Positions 45,201-59,020 of a DNA stretch of 64,000 nt are shown here, in pieces. The DNA lies in NCBI RefSeq assembly GCF_009914755.1, contig NC_060942.1, one strand, 5' to 3'. A program made the translations under genes and the position numbers. Within the stretch, counting starts at the first letter, position 1, and each line of letters opens with the position of its first letter. The notes beneath the pieces are model-generated. The model saw only the letters and a program-made list of their open reading frames with translations. It was not told the origin of the DNA and made no database searches. This DNA is from the human T2T-CHM13v2.0 reference genome, Homo sapiens.

Positions 45201-45379
45201 AGAAATTATATAATCTTGTAATACATAATAAATAACATAATGAATTACAATATTAAATATATAATCTTAGTAAAGAATAAAGATGAAAACTAAGTTCATC
45301 TTTAAACTCTATAAGTTTTCATCTTTATAATTGCAAAGAACAGTGTTTTTTAAAAGCCAGGGAAATTAGGTATAGGAAA

Positions 45380-46170
45380 TGAATAAATTAAATGTGTCAA
45401 CTGAAATATAAAACTTGTTGAAAAAATAAATGTCTGAAATCTGATACTTTGAAAGACTTGCAAAATTGAGTAATTCCACCCAAGCCTTACCAAGGCAAAA
45501 AGAGAATGAGCATAAATAACAAGATCAGAAATAAAGAAGAAATCATAGAGTAGATACAGAAGAAAGTAAGGGAATTACAGGCAAACACTAAGTGAACTAT
45601 ATAGTAGCAAATTTTTAAATTTAGAGAAAATTATGTATTAGCAAAATACAAATTACCAATATCAAAACAAGAAAATGGGAGAATGTGGATAACAATTTAC
45701 CATTGGAAAAATTGGAAATGTCCTTAGAGCTCTAACATCGAAAAGAGCACCCAGGAACAGATTCATCAATGTTCTGTTTTGTTTTTTTTTTTCTATCTGT
45801 TGAACAACAGAAAATGATGATATTGTTTACAATATTCCAGGCTATGGAAAAGATTCTAATGTGTTTTATGAGTACTCAAATAACTGACAAACTTCATTCC
45901 AAAAACTAGTCTGATACAAGAGTATATATGCAGATATAGCAAATAAATATTAGCAAAAAGATCCAAGAATATACAAAAGTATATTATATTATTCGGTATT
46001 TTTATTGGGACTGCAAGATTTGTTCAATATCAGATTATTTGCATAGTTTACCTCGGTAAAAAAAAAAAACTAAAGAAACACCATATAAATATATTAATAG
46101 ATACAGAGAATTACTTGATAAAAATTCCATGACTATTAATAAAATCTCTACATAAAACAGAAAAAATTTC
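45380..46170 (+). mobile_element. Ancient L1M ORF2 relic
   Basis: Degenerate ORF2 motifs (aaataatattagcaaa..gatccaa, gatacagagaa...cttgataaaattcca). Confidence 0.55.
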
Positions 46171-47390
46171 CTTGGGAAATTAATAGAATTCTCCCAATAT
46201 TTTCTGCTAGAGAGAATTGCACTTATTAGATAATAAATGTTGCTCCTGGAAGTAAAGGATGTGATTACAAAAGACCATTGGAGCTTCTAACTTTATTTCA
46301 ACATCACTTAAAATATTAAAGATGAAACATTAATTAAACATAGAGAGATATGGTTTAAATATTAACTTGCAGAAAATGAAGAGTTGCGCTAAAAGGAGAA
46401 TGAGAGTCATTACCTAATGACTGCTTGGGGAGAGCTTAATTCTTCTCTGCATTTTACTTCAAGACAATGTCTTTCCCACATAGGTATGCGTTAACTGCAG
46501 CTACTTCTGCAAAATACAGTGTGAGAGCCACGGGGGTTTCCATTCAAATGTGTAGCTCTGATGTTTTTCGCTGTCTCATTTAGTATATTATCTTATAAGA
46601 TCTAAGGTGCAGCAAATATTTACTCAACGGTTGCCTTTTTTTTTCAGAGAATGTTCCCCTGAATTGGACTACAGGCATTGAGGTTTAATATGAACTCTGG
46701 AGTTTTTTTTAAAAGTTCCTGGAAGTTTTGTTTCAGTTTATTATTGTATATATTCTGCCAATTAAAGAGAAACTGGGTATTACCTTATTCGTGTCTTTGT
46801 GCATTCAAACAAAGGGAAGGGAAAAATTCGTTGGTCATACCAGCTGAAGATTTTAGAAAATATCTATAAGCACTATCGGTTAAAGTCAACTGAATGTAAT
46901 GGTGTCTTGATATTATTAATTGCATTCCATTTTAACTGAGGATATTTGCACATCCATTTGCTGTAATGTAAGTATGTTAGAACTGTATTTGTAATCATAA
47001 AAAAGTTATGAAGTAAATATAAAAAAGTGAACTTGTGCTCTTTAATGAGATAAAAGAAAACATATTAACTAAGCTGTTCGGAAGATGCTATATCTAAGAC
47101 AGACTATTCCAACAAAGTGAGGGGGATATCACCCTATCCCATTCAAAAAAAGCCTTATCTTTCTACCAATCTAATTAGTAAAATTTAAATTTCTAAGTTG
47201 CATAGAAACTATTAGCATTATCTACCTCAGTATGCAATCACTCTCCTAAAAATAATTACTCCTAAATCACTTTCCTAAAAATAATTACCCAATGACACCA
47301 ATCATGTATTCATAATGTGAATGAATTAGATGTAAGGTTTCTGACAAAAGCAGTCTTATCCCAACATAACTTACAAGAAGAGAAGCAGGG

Positions 47391-47707
<317 letters not shown>

Positions 47708-47759
47708 AAGCAGGGAGTCTTCAGGTTCAGAAATCTTCATTTAACAATGACTTTGTTTC

Positions 47760-48450
47760 AGGACTTGTGCTCAGCCCTGGAGATGAGGAGTGGAAACACT
47801 CTTCCTTTTTTGGAGAAAGGTCCTAACTAAGGTAGGATACAGACACGTAAATCAAAACCTGTGAGATAAGAGCTGTGGTGTAAATTGGAGTGCTATGACT
47901 TTATAGAGCAGGGACATTTCATTCAGTGAGTAAAAGGAGACATCCAAGGGGAGAACATTTGGGGTAAGAGGAGAAAGAAAAGATAATTAGCAAGGTAGAA
48001 AATGGCATTTCAGGCAGGGAGAAGATCTTATTCAAAGACCCAGCTAATGAGACAGTATGACTATGCAGAAAATAGTTCTGGTACCATAGCAACAGTAGAG
48101 GAAAGGGATAATGACAACCCAAGCTAAGCAGTGGCAACTGGTGAAAAGAAAAGAGAATAAAATCTAGAGCTATTTCAAAGTATAACTAGTAAGACTTTCT
48201 GGCTAGTTGGATGGCAGAAGGAAGTTGGAAAAAGGGTTCATCTAAAATAACTAATCTAAAAACTGGTTAAAGAGCAAAGCAGTGCTGCTCACTGAGACAC
48301 GGAATTCAAGAAGAATATGGATTTGCTGGGAGAAATGACAAGCTCAGTTTGCAACATGTTGAGTTTAAGACTCACTATCTGGCCGGAGATGATCATAGGG
48401 AGAGATAGATAGTTAGACCTGGAGAAAATCATTTGGAGACAAAGGAATAA
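47760..48450 (+). mobile_element. L2 relic
   Basis: ggcatttcaggcagggagaa...aaagaccc, ctcagtttgcaacatgttgagtttaag. Confidence 0.55.
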
Positions 48451-48659
48451 TAGCCAAAGCCATGGATGAAATGTCTATAAACTATGGGAAGAATGAGATA
48501 TCAGGTTGAAATTATTAAAGGTCACCAAGTCTAACCATCTATATAACACTTTACCCTGCTTTTAAGTATTTACCTGTAACAAATAAAAAAAAAAAATAGA
48601 ACATCTTGTCTCCAAAACCAGTCTGTTGAAACTTTTTGTTATGGTTCATTCAAATCACT

Positions 48660-50100
48660 TTTTACATTGAATTATTTTCCTTGATATTCTCTTTTTATCC
48701 CCACCCATTCATTTAAGGACTCCAACTACACATATTTTGTGTGCTTGAAGTTGAAGTACAACTCACTTTTGCTCTCTGTATATTTTTTGTGTTTTTTTTC
48801 TCTGTTTCATTTTGGATAGTTTCTATTGCTATGACCTCAAGTCAACTAATCTTTCCCTATGTAATGTCTATTTTGCAGTTAAACCAACAAATGTGTTTTT
48901 ATCGCAGAAAGTGCAACGTCCATCTCTAAAAGTTGAATTTGGGTCTTTTTTTTTTTAAGCTTTGATGTTCTACACAACATGCTCACTCTTTCCTTTAGTT
49001 ATTTTATATGTAATGTAGTTAACTGTCTTAATGCTCTTGTCTGCTAATTCTTACATCTGTGTCCATTAGACATTATTTTCAATTAAATAGCTTTTCTCAT
49101 TATCTTGGTCAATTTTTTCTTTAATTTTTTATTTATTTATTTAGTTAGTTATTTATTTTTGCAGGACTAGTAACTTTTAACTGGATACCAGACATCGTAT
49201 ATGTTGCCTTGCCAGGTGTTGGATATTTTTGAGTCCCTATAGTCATTCTTGAGCTTTCTTCTGGGAAACAGTTAAATTACTTGGAAACAGTGTGATCCTC
49301 TAGGGTCTTACTTTTAAGATTTGTTAGGTAATACCAATGTAGCACATACTGAAGCGCTAATTTTTCACAGGGTTGCCAAATTTAGCAAATAGAAATATTG
49401 CACATACAGTTAAATTTGAATTTAAAATAAATAATATTTTAGTATAAGAATATGTTTGTGTTATATTTGGGATGTACTGCACTATAGCAGCCTGCTTGTA
49501 CCCCAGATTCCACTGTTTGTAATGGCCATGCAATATTTGGGACATATTTATACTAATTAGTTATTTGCTATTTATCTGAAATTTAACTGGGTACACTGTA
49601 GTTTAACTGGCAATTCAAATTATTCTTTATTACTGAAGCAAGACCTTTCTGAATTATGTCCTGTTCATTATAATATTTTTTGCAACCTGGCTGATGGGGA
49701 CTGGCTCTATTGTTTTACCCTGTGTGAGCACCAGGTACTGTTTCTTTTCATGCTTTTTTGTGGTTCTTTCCCATTTCTCAGGTAGTTTTCTCACATGGAT
49801 GCACTGATCAGTGCTGAATACTTCAGACCCTTTGGATGTCTGCGGGATTGTCTCCATGCTGCTCTGCTCTCTCTGGTTCTCTGCCCAAAAATCTCTAGCC
49901 ACTTTATGGCTCCAGATTCTCTCCTGAACTCATTGAGTCTTCCAGGTTCTTCTTAGCTTTGCCCTCCCTATAAAAGGTCCTGGAAACTTAAGACAGTGAG
50001 CTGTGCACTTGTAGGACTCACATACTTTGTTTCCTATTTCTCAAGAATCACTGTACCTCATTGCCTGGTGCCCAATGTCTTCAAAAGTGTCATATACTTT
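48660..50100 (-). mobile_element. Ancient L1M/HAL1 5'/ORF1-region relic
   Basis: Antisense ORF1-like T-rich motifs (ttttggatagtttctattgctatg.cctcaagt); interrupted by MER53. Confidence 0.55.
49368..49619. mobile_element. MER53 palindromic hAT MITE with a central insertion
   Basis: agggttgcca.atttagcaaata...cagttaaatttgaa...catgcaatatttgggacata.ttatacta...tttaactggg...ctggcaa. Confidence 0.85.
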
Positions 50101-50179
50101 GGCCAGCATTTTTTTGTTGGCCAGAACTGCCTACATAACATAAATACATTAGTAAGATCACGAAAAAAGAGGTTATAGT

Positions 50180-51115
50180 GAAGAGCAAGTCATATATAAA
50201 TAACAAGTGTGTGATATCTAGAATACAAATGAACTCCTACAAATCAAAGACAAAAGCACAGACAACCCAATATTAACAAATGAGTAAAAGACACTTCACA
50301 AAACAGATTGCTTAAATGGAAAATAACCATATGAAAAAATTCTGGACATGATAACTTATCTCAGAAATGAAAATTAAAACCACAGTGTGATTCTATTTAC
50401 ACGACCAGAAAGACTTAATTTTAAAAGACGGCTTATATCAAGTCTCACTAAAACCATGAGGCAACTGAAATTCATAGATTGCTGGTGGGAGTATAAGTCA
50501 CAAAACGATTTGACATTGTCCACTAGAGACTGTGCTGGAAATTTAACTCGTACATAAACAAATATGAACGCATATGTGCACCAAGAAACAGACAAAGAAT
50601 GTTAATAGAAGTATTGTTTGCAATGGCCTAAAACTAGAGAAAAATTCAAAATTCACCAACCACAAACTGAAGGAATAAGTTTGCTATTTTTATGCAAAGA
50701 ATTCTATATGGCAATGCAAATAAGCATACACTTTGATATAAAACAACATGGATGAATTTGCCAGATAAGGAAGAGAAGCTAGACATAATAGAGTAAGAGT
50801 CTATGACAGGAAATACTAATCTAGAGTGTTGATGAGTGCATAATTAGATAGGAAAATTATAAAGAAAATCAAGAAAAAATCAAAATAAAGAAGAAACAGT
50901 GTCAAAAAAAAAAAAAAAGGAAGATCATCATAGAAAACAGGATAGTGGCCACCTTTACAAGGGAGAGATGTGGTTGTATTTGAGACACGGAACACCGGGG
51001 GTTTCTGACATGCTGGTAACATTGAATTCCTTACTATATTACAGCCCATTAAAATGTCCATTTATGCATTTTTCTGTGTGTTTTTAATTTCAGTAATTAA
51101 AAAAGTTTAGATAAA
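50180..51115 (+). mobile_element. L1ME-type 3' region
   Basis: gaactcctacaaatcaa..agacaacccaat, attaaaaccacagtg, caacatggatgaat, atgcatttttctgtgtg. Confidence 0.7.
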
Positions 51116-51676
51116 AAACAAAAACCTCTTCACCTAGCACAGAGGCCATGAATCAGCTTTTATTACATCAGGTGGGTACCATCATCATTATATAATAATT
51201 GCATGTATTGATTGATAAAAGTCAGTTTTTTTCTGTGATACATTCAAATTTCTTCTAAAGATACAAATTAAGAAATAAAAATTGTAAAAAATAAATAACA
51301 TTTTTCCTGTCTTCCCTCCAGAGTGGACAACCAAACAAGAAATAATAGTACAGGACCCATTGTTACCATCATATATGTTATATGTTCCATGTATACAGAA
51401 GGAAAAGAAATTTTTCAGAGATGTTTCACATCATGGATCTATAAATTTTTCTCATTCCTCCATTTACATTTTAATAAAAAGCAGAAGTTTTGGGTGAGCT
51501 CAGTATAGAGAAAAACATTTTGAAGGAAGAACTAGGCTTTTAATTTGAGCTCCGCTATTCACCAATTGTGTGATCTTGCACAAATTATCCAACATCTATG
51601 AATCTATTTTATTGTTTGAAAAATGGGAATAATGATATCAAGCTTTATGGTTTTCTGAGACTTAAAATGTCTATAG

Positions 51677-52021
<345 letters not shown>

Positions 52022-54859
52022 TCAGCCTTTCTTCTAAGCCATCTCACATCCAGAACTCAGGTACATGGCCATACCAAGCAGCAAAGAATCTCTCTCCCAC
52101 GCACTCACCTACCCAACCAAAAACTGGAGATCCTATTACAGTAGAGAAAGTGAGGAGTGGACCTTTGGAAAAAATTGGCAGTCTCCGCTTTAAAATGTTA
52201 CTACTTAATGTAAAAGGGAGAGAAAGACAACAGACTGGTGTAGAGGTTGATAACTGCAGATCAGATAAATGGCTTTTTTTAAACATTAAGATTTCATGAA
52301 AATTCAATTCATTTATTCTTTTGTTAAACAAGTGTTAATGAATCTCAAATGTTCTGGTAGGGACTTGGGAGATTGGAGAAGTGTATAATGAAGTAGTATA
52401 TAATGTTTTGCTCCGTGAGGAATTTATAATGTAGGTGGAAGACATGCAAGAAAAAACTAGAAAATAATCTTCAGCAATTGACGAACAGATACTGAAACTA
52501 TTTCGGAAATTTGGTTCAGTGCCAAAAAAAGGTAAGCAACAAATATCTTTACCAACATAAATATATTACGTAAACAATATAATGCATATTGTGTTAAGGT
52601 ACATCCCACAGCATATCATTAGAGTCTGACCTGGCTAAAGAACACATACCACAATGCTCTGTACAGTGTGGATTTTTAATGAATTAATAGTGACATTTGC
52701 CCCAGGCAACTTGTAAAAGCCCAGTTCTCCATACAAGTGTTTTAGTTGCATGAGAACATTTTCCTGAGACTTATTACCATTCTAAGAGTGCAGTGTGCAA
52801 TAGGATCCACTTATTTTGTTCAGACAGAAGCAGAAATCTCACTAACATAATTACTCCTTCTCATTATTAAGCAAATTTAAGAGCAATAATTTTTTAAAAG
52901 ATTCATATCTGAATTTCCAAATATTTTTCCCTCAAGCCACTGAAATCGAGTAATAATTGAACTGTATATATCTCCTGTTAATTTGGCTTCCTGGACACTT
53001 AAATAGTGATGTTGGAAAGGAAGAGTATTTATTCAAAACTGTATAAATTAATACAGAAAGAAGAATATGACATGTATTAGTTATACTCCAATGGCTCATT
53101 TAACTTTGAATTAATCCCCCCAAATTTAGGATCAGCTGAAGTTAATTATGGTCCTTTAAATGAAACATAATTACTGAAAAATAATCTACAAGTTGAACAA
53201 ATGTCTCACAGGATAATAACATTTTATAAAACATATATATGATCACATAAACACATATATGTATGTTTCTATAATCATATAGATGTTTAAATTTATGTGT
53301 TTATGTGTTATACACACAAATACATACACACACACACATTTGTATGTGTGATTGGTTGGGGATTGTGGTTTAATGCAGGATATATCCAAATCTAAAATAA
53401 TGTGACTTTTAACAGTGGTGCATTCCTCAAGATAATCACCAGTGCTTGAAGAAATTAATCTTTTATATTTCAGGGTAAGATTCATTTATATTGTAGAAAT
53501 AAAGGGCTGCCTTCAGTTCAGAAAACTATATTGCACTTATCAGGAAAGATAAATATTTGGCTTAGAAGAGTTAAATGGTCAAATACTTAGAAACATATTT
53601 TCTTCGTATTGTTACCTGCTAGATTTCTGGTGAGATTGCTATTCACCGCACAGTGACAAGTAGCACAGGGGAGGAGATGCTCATGCACTGCGGATATGTA
53701 CAATGTCTGAAAGTATATTAGATGGAAATCCACTAGGAGTTTAAGACGTAAAAATACTTTCAAACATGTGTGGCTTTCTAATGTGTTACATTTTCCAGAA
53801 AATACAAACTAAGGATAACCCCCTAAAAAGAAATTTTCATTGACATCTCTTTCTTTTACCTACTGAAATCATTGAGTTTGTGATATTTCACAGATATAAA
53901 TGCCCAGGCTTTAAAATGTGTCTATTACATTTATAAAAAGATGAAAAAAACATAAAAATAGTGTGCATAAAAGGAATACTTAATATTTCAAATTCTAATT
54001 AACATTCCAGATGTAAAGAATACGAGTCCAATTATTCTACTCCTTGATATTATTCCTCTATTTACATAAACTGAATGTTATTTTTCTACACACAAATCTT
54101 TATATCCTTTATGAAATACCTAATTTTCACATGTCCTTTTGTTATTTTAGACAAAAAACTTATAAGTGTGCAATAATTTCCATAAAAATAAATTCCGCAA
54201 CCCTTTAGTTTCTATAATTTTTGATACTTAACCCCTGACATAGAATCATCTCATTCAGTATGTTGCCTGTGGCAATAGAGAATAACTCAGCAGTAGTCTT
54301 AGAAAGAAGATGAAGAGCTCCCAGCAGGGTTGTAAGCCACTGCAATAACATCTAGAGAGGGGTGTGGAGAATTGCTTCCTGATACAATGGTGATTAACCT
54401 ACACAACAAGAGATTCCTTCATTATATAGTCTTAGTCTACCAAACTTCCAAATATTGCAGCACTTGCATAATCGTAAAATATAATTAAAGCATTGTTGGT
54501 ATACCTTCTTAATTATTATAAGTTGTACAGGTTTATTTTTTATTTGAATAAAAAAAATGCACCCCCTAATTTTCTCTAAATGCGTATTCTAATGTTTGAG
54601 AGAACATATTTTAAAGACAAAATTGATCATTTAAGCAAATTAATTATCTGTGATGTCTCATATGTCCAATAACTATTAAAGCTTCTTTTCAACAGTTCTT
54701 AGAAGCCTAGTTTTATAATCTACCAACTACCTTTTAGTGTCTTCTATGCATTTGTGTCACTTCACATTGCAAATTACAAATGTAAAACATCCATGATTTA
54801 CAATGAAAATCACAGGTAAAAATCAATGCTAAAAACGTGTTCGATATCCTATTAATAGT

Positions 54860-56010
54860 GACACATTGTTAAGTTAAAAACAATATAGATAGGAATATGC
54901 AGACATACACAGTTGTATATTCATACAGTAGGAAACTAACAGCATTAAAAAAATTTACAAGTTTTAACATCGTGAAAAAATGTTGACAACACAACATATA
55001 GTAAAAACAAGCACTTCTCAAAGCAAATGTAATAATCATTTTATTTAAAGAGGAAAATAACAATTTTATAATAGAGCAGCTGGGAAGACATCACCTTAAC
55101 CAAGTGTTCTACTATAAAGGGACAAATCAAAATGTGTGCCACTTATAGGGACAATCAGGAAGCATCTCTTCTTTGACCTCCTTGTCAAACATTCTGCTAT
55201 GGTTTAAATTTTTGTGTCAACCCAAAATTCACATGTTGAAATCTTTACCCCTAAAGTGACAGTATTAGGAGGTGAAGCCTTTGGGAAATAATTAGGTAAC
55301 AAGGGTGGAGCTCTCATGAATGAGATTATTGCCTGTATACAATGGATGGCCCCTGAGAGCTCTCTTGCCCTCTTTCTTTCATAAAGGAGACAGATAAAGG
55401 AGAAGTCAGTCCCTACCACCAGAAAAGGACTCTCACCAGAACCCAACCTGCTGGCACTCTGATCTCAGATTTTAGCTTCCAGCATTGTGAAAAATAAATG
55501 TCTGTTGTTTAAGGCCCTCCGCTTATTGTATTCTGCTACTGTAGCCTGAACTAAGACACATGTGTAACTAGGATCTCATTATGATGAAACATTCGTCAAA
55601 CCCAGATTGAGACACACTTATTGAACTGGTCTGTAATCTTCAAAATGTCAAGGTCATGAAAATCCAGAAAAAAAATTGAGGAAAATTATAAATGGAAGAC
55701 AACTAAAGAAAATTGACAAATACAACAGAAGATTCAGGACATGAATTCTTTTGCTGTGTAGGACATTATGAAAAAAATTGGCAAAACTTACTTGATCTCT
55801 GAGAACTAGATAGTAAGAGTGATGTCGATTTCCTTATTTTGATGGCAAAATTGTAGTTATGCAAGAAGATGTTTTTGTTTACAGGAAATAACAGCTTTGG
55901 AGCATGATAGGACATCATATTGCAATGCATACTGAAATGATTCTGGGGAAAAAAAAGATTACCTTTACTGTTCTTGCAGCTTTTCTGTAAGCTTTAGTTT
56001 GTTGAAATAA
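54860..56010 (+). mobile_element. L1MC/L1MD 3' UTR relic hosting an MST LTR
   Basis: caccttaaccaagtg, tcaaacccagattgag, ctgtaatcttcaaaatgtcaaggtcatgaaa. Confidence 0.6.
55195..55558 (+). mobile_element. MSTD/MSTC-like MaLR LTR
   Basis: tgctatggttt...ccaaaattcacatgttgaaat...gggtggagctctcatgaatg...gcctgaactaagaca. Confidence 0.85.
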
Positions 56011-56296
56011 TAACCAAAATTAACAACCACACGCCACCTTGTTACACGAATGACTGAGGAATAAAATTTGTCTAGTGTTTCCTCCTTGTGTTTGTTCTGT
56101 TACGTACTCCTCTCATGGAAATTTCAGTGAATTCCCAAGCATTGCTTTTTTGCTCTGCAAATCCACCCCTATGATCACAGGGCATTTTTCCAGCCAACGT
56201 CTCTCCAAACCTCTGACCAGCCGGAGCCAGCAGACCCCTCAGGCTCTTCCAGGCTGCAGCATCTTCCTAGGCACCTGTTCCTCCAAGGGTTCTCAC

Positions 56297-57079
56297 CATT
56301 AACTTGATGTGTCAACCTGGCTGGACCACACTGCTCAGATATTTGTTCAAACACTCTTCTGGATGTTTCTGTGAGGATGGTTTTGGATTAGATTTACACT
56401 TAAATCTGTGGACTTTAAGTAAAACAGTTTGCCCTCCATAATGAGTGTGAGTCTCATCTAGTGAGTTGAAGGCCTTAATAGAAAACAACAGATCTTCCCC
56501 GAGCAAAACTCTGGCAGTGGATGACCTTCAGACTTGAACTGCTTGAACATGAACTTGAACTGCTGCATCAGCTTTGCTCTGGGTCACCAGACTGCCAGCC
56601 CACCCTGCAAAGCTTAGACTTGCCAGCCTCCATAATCATGTGAGCCAACTCTTTGAAATCTCTCTCCCTCCCTATATGTATAGAGATAAATGTGTGTGTG
56701 TAAATATACATGCATATACATATGTATATATACACACATATACAGACACACATACATTATATATACACACAATAGCATTTGTGTGTGTGTGTGTGTATAT
56801 ATATATAGAGAGAGAGAGAGACATAGAGACACACACACAGAGAGAGAGAGGGAGATGGAAATGGACTTGGAGATGGAGAGAGATGAAGATGGAGAGAGAT
56901 AGAGAGACATGGAGATAGAGATGGAAATGGAGAGAGATGGAGATGGAAATGGACTTGGAGATGGAGAGAGATGGAGATGGACTTGGAAATGGAAATGGAG
57001 ATGAGGTGGAGATGGAGAGGATATAGAAAGATGCACAAATCCTACGGGCTCTGTTTCTCTGGAAGATCCTGACTAACAC
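56297..57079 (+). mobile_element. MLT2B-like ERVL LTR with a large internal simple-repeat expansion
   Basis: tgtgtcaacctggctgg...ctggatgtttctgtgagg...cataatcatgtgagccaa...ctgtttctctggaagatcctgactaacaca. Confidence 0.88.
56675..57030. repeat. Compound (TG)/(TA)/(CA)/(GA) microsatellite grading into a GAGATG-based array
   Basis: Seen directly; source of the spurious ORFs at 56568-57091. Confidence 0.95.
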
Positions 57080-58661
57080 AAGTGCTAACAAGGACCTTCC
57101 TCTACTTCTCCCTGAGTATACTTGAGATGTAACTATTCACAAAACTTTTCTTAAAAACAATGAAAATGTTTTACAACTACTTGTGCAAAGACCTACTATG
57201 GGGACCTGAGAAGAGCAAATCCAGGAAGAAGCCCTAAGGAGAGGAAGGCAGGCCTCACAGGACGGAGTGCGGTTTCCATGCCTGATGACTCCATTAGCGA
57301 ATGTTTGCATCAGGGCTTTCACCTGACAATAAATTTTACTGCAGGGGACAAATCAGGCCTCCCTCCCCACAGTTTGAAGGCGTATTGCCTTTTCTATCTG
57401 ACTGAAAATTAAGCATCTGTGTTCCTTTGAGGAAAATTCCTAGATTTACTCAAAACTGTAATCTAGCCCCTATTTCCCAAAAGGGGTCATCATTTATATT
57501 TTCTTCTCTAAAATTTTCCTAAGTTTTCAACAGTGAGTATGTAGTATATTAGAGTCGTGAAAAAGTTACTTCAAATACATGAATTACACATTAATTATGA
57601 ACCCACTGCCCAATAAATGGTGGTGCATAGTTTTGCCACTTTCCCTGCAACACTAATCACATTATAAAATGTGTAGCTGCTGCCATGTGCTTCAATTCCT
57701 GGCACATGTTATCCAGTATCTCTGCTGAACCACTTGTACTTTATTTGTGTCTAATACATCTTGTAATTCAGAATATCCTCTCAGCAGAAAGTCTGCAGCC
57801 TTTGAGAAATTTCCATTAATTTTTTTTAAATGCCTGACCAGGCATTTTATTGCCTTATGCTACCATGTAAACTAGAGCCAAGTGGAGTCTTAGTCTACAT
57901 TTTTAATTTTACTTCTCTAAACAAAGGCATCTCATGATGCTGTGATGACCCGAGCAGCTGCATGACACAGGTAGTGATGCTGCGAATCAGAGATGGACCA
58001 TGGCCTGTCACGGTCAGCTGCCCGGAAACAGCTAAGCATGAGTTATGGATAAGCATCCACGGAGACGCTCTCCCATATCCAGTCTAAACTTGAGGAAAAT
58101 GTAGGAGTGTGTGACATGCCCTGGCCTGGAGAAGACTGTCCATGCTCAAGCCACTCTGGGAACGACCATAGTGTTAGAATTGATCCTATCAATCCACAAA
58201 CCTCAGCCATCCCTTCAACCCCTGTACTCATTACAGCAAGCGTCAGGGCCCATATGGTATTCCTGGGGGCAATTAGGCTGTAGCTGTGCCCCTTGAGATA
58301 ACTTTGACTTAAAGTTGCATGATTAAAATAATTTCTGTAGAAATGTAACAATACCCTTGTATAACCAATTCTATTTTTACCATCTTAGTCATTTTTAAAT
58401 GTACAGTTCACTAAAGTATAATCACGTTGCTGCGAAATGAATTTCCATAATTTTCATGTTGCACATTTGAAACTCTGTACCCATTAAACAACAATCTCCC
58501 TTTCTTCCCTCTCCCCAGCCACCATTTTCATGGATTTGACTACTTTAGATACCTCACATAAGTAGAATCATGGAATCAGACAGTATTTGTCTTTCTGTGA
58601 CTGGCTTATTTCACTTAATATAATGCCTTCTAGGTTTATCCATGTTGTTGATGACTGATAG

Positions 58662-59020
<359 letters not shown>

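Noticed and set aside
56568-57091. Six overlapping ORFs
   Set aside because: Produced by stop-poor simple repeats inside MLT2B.
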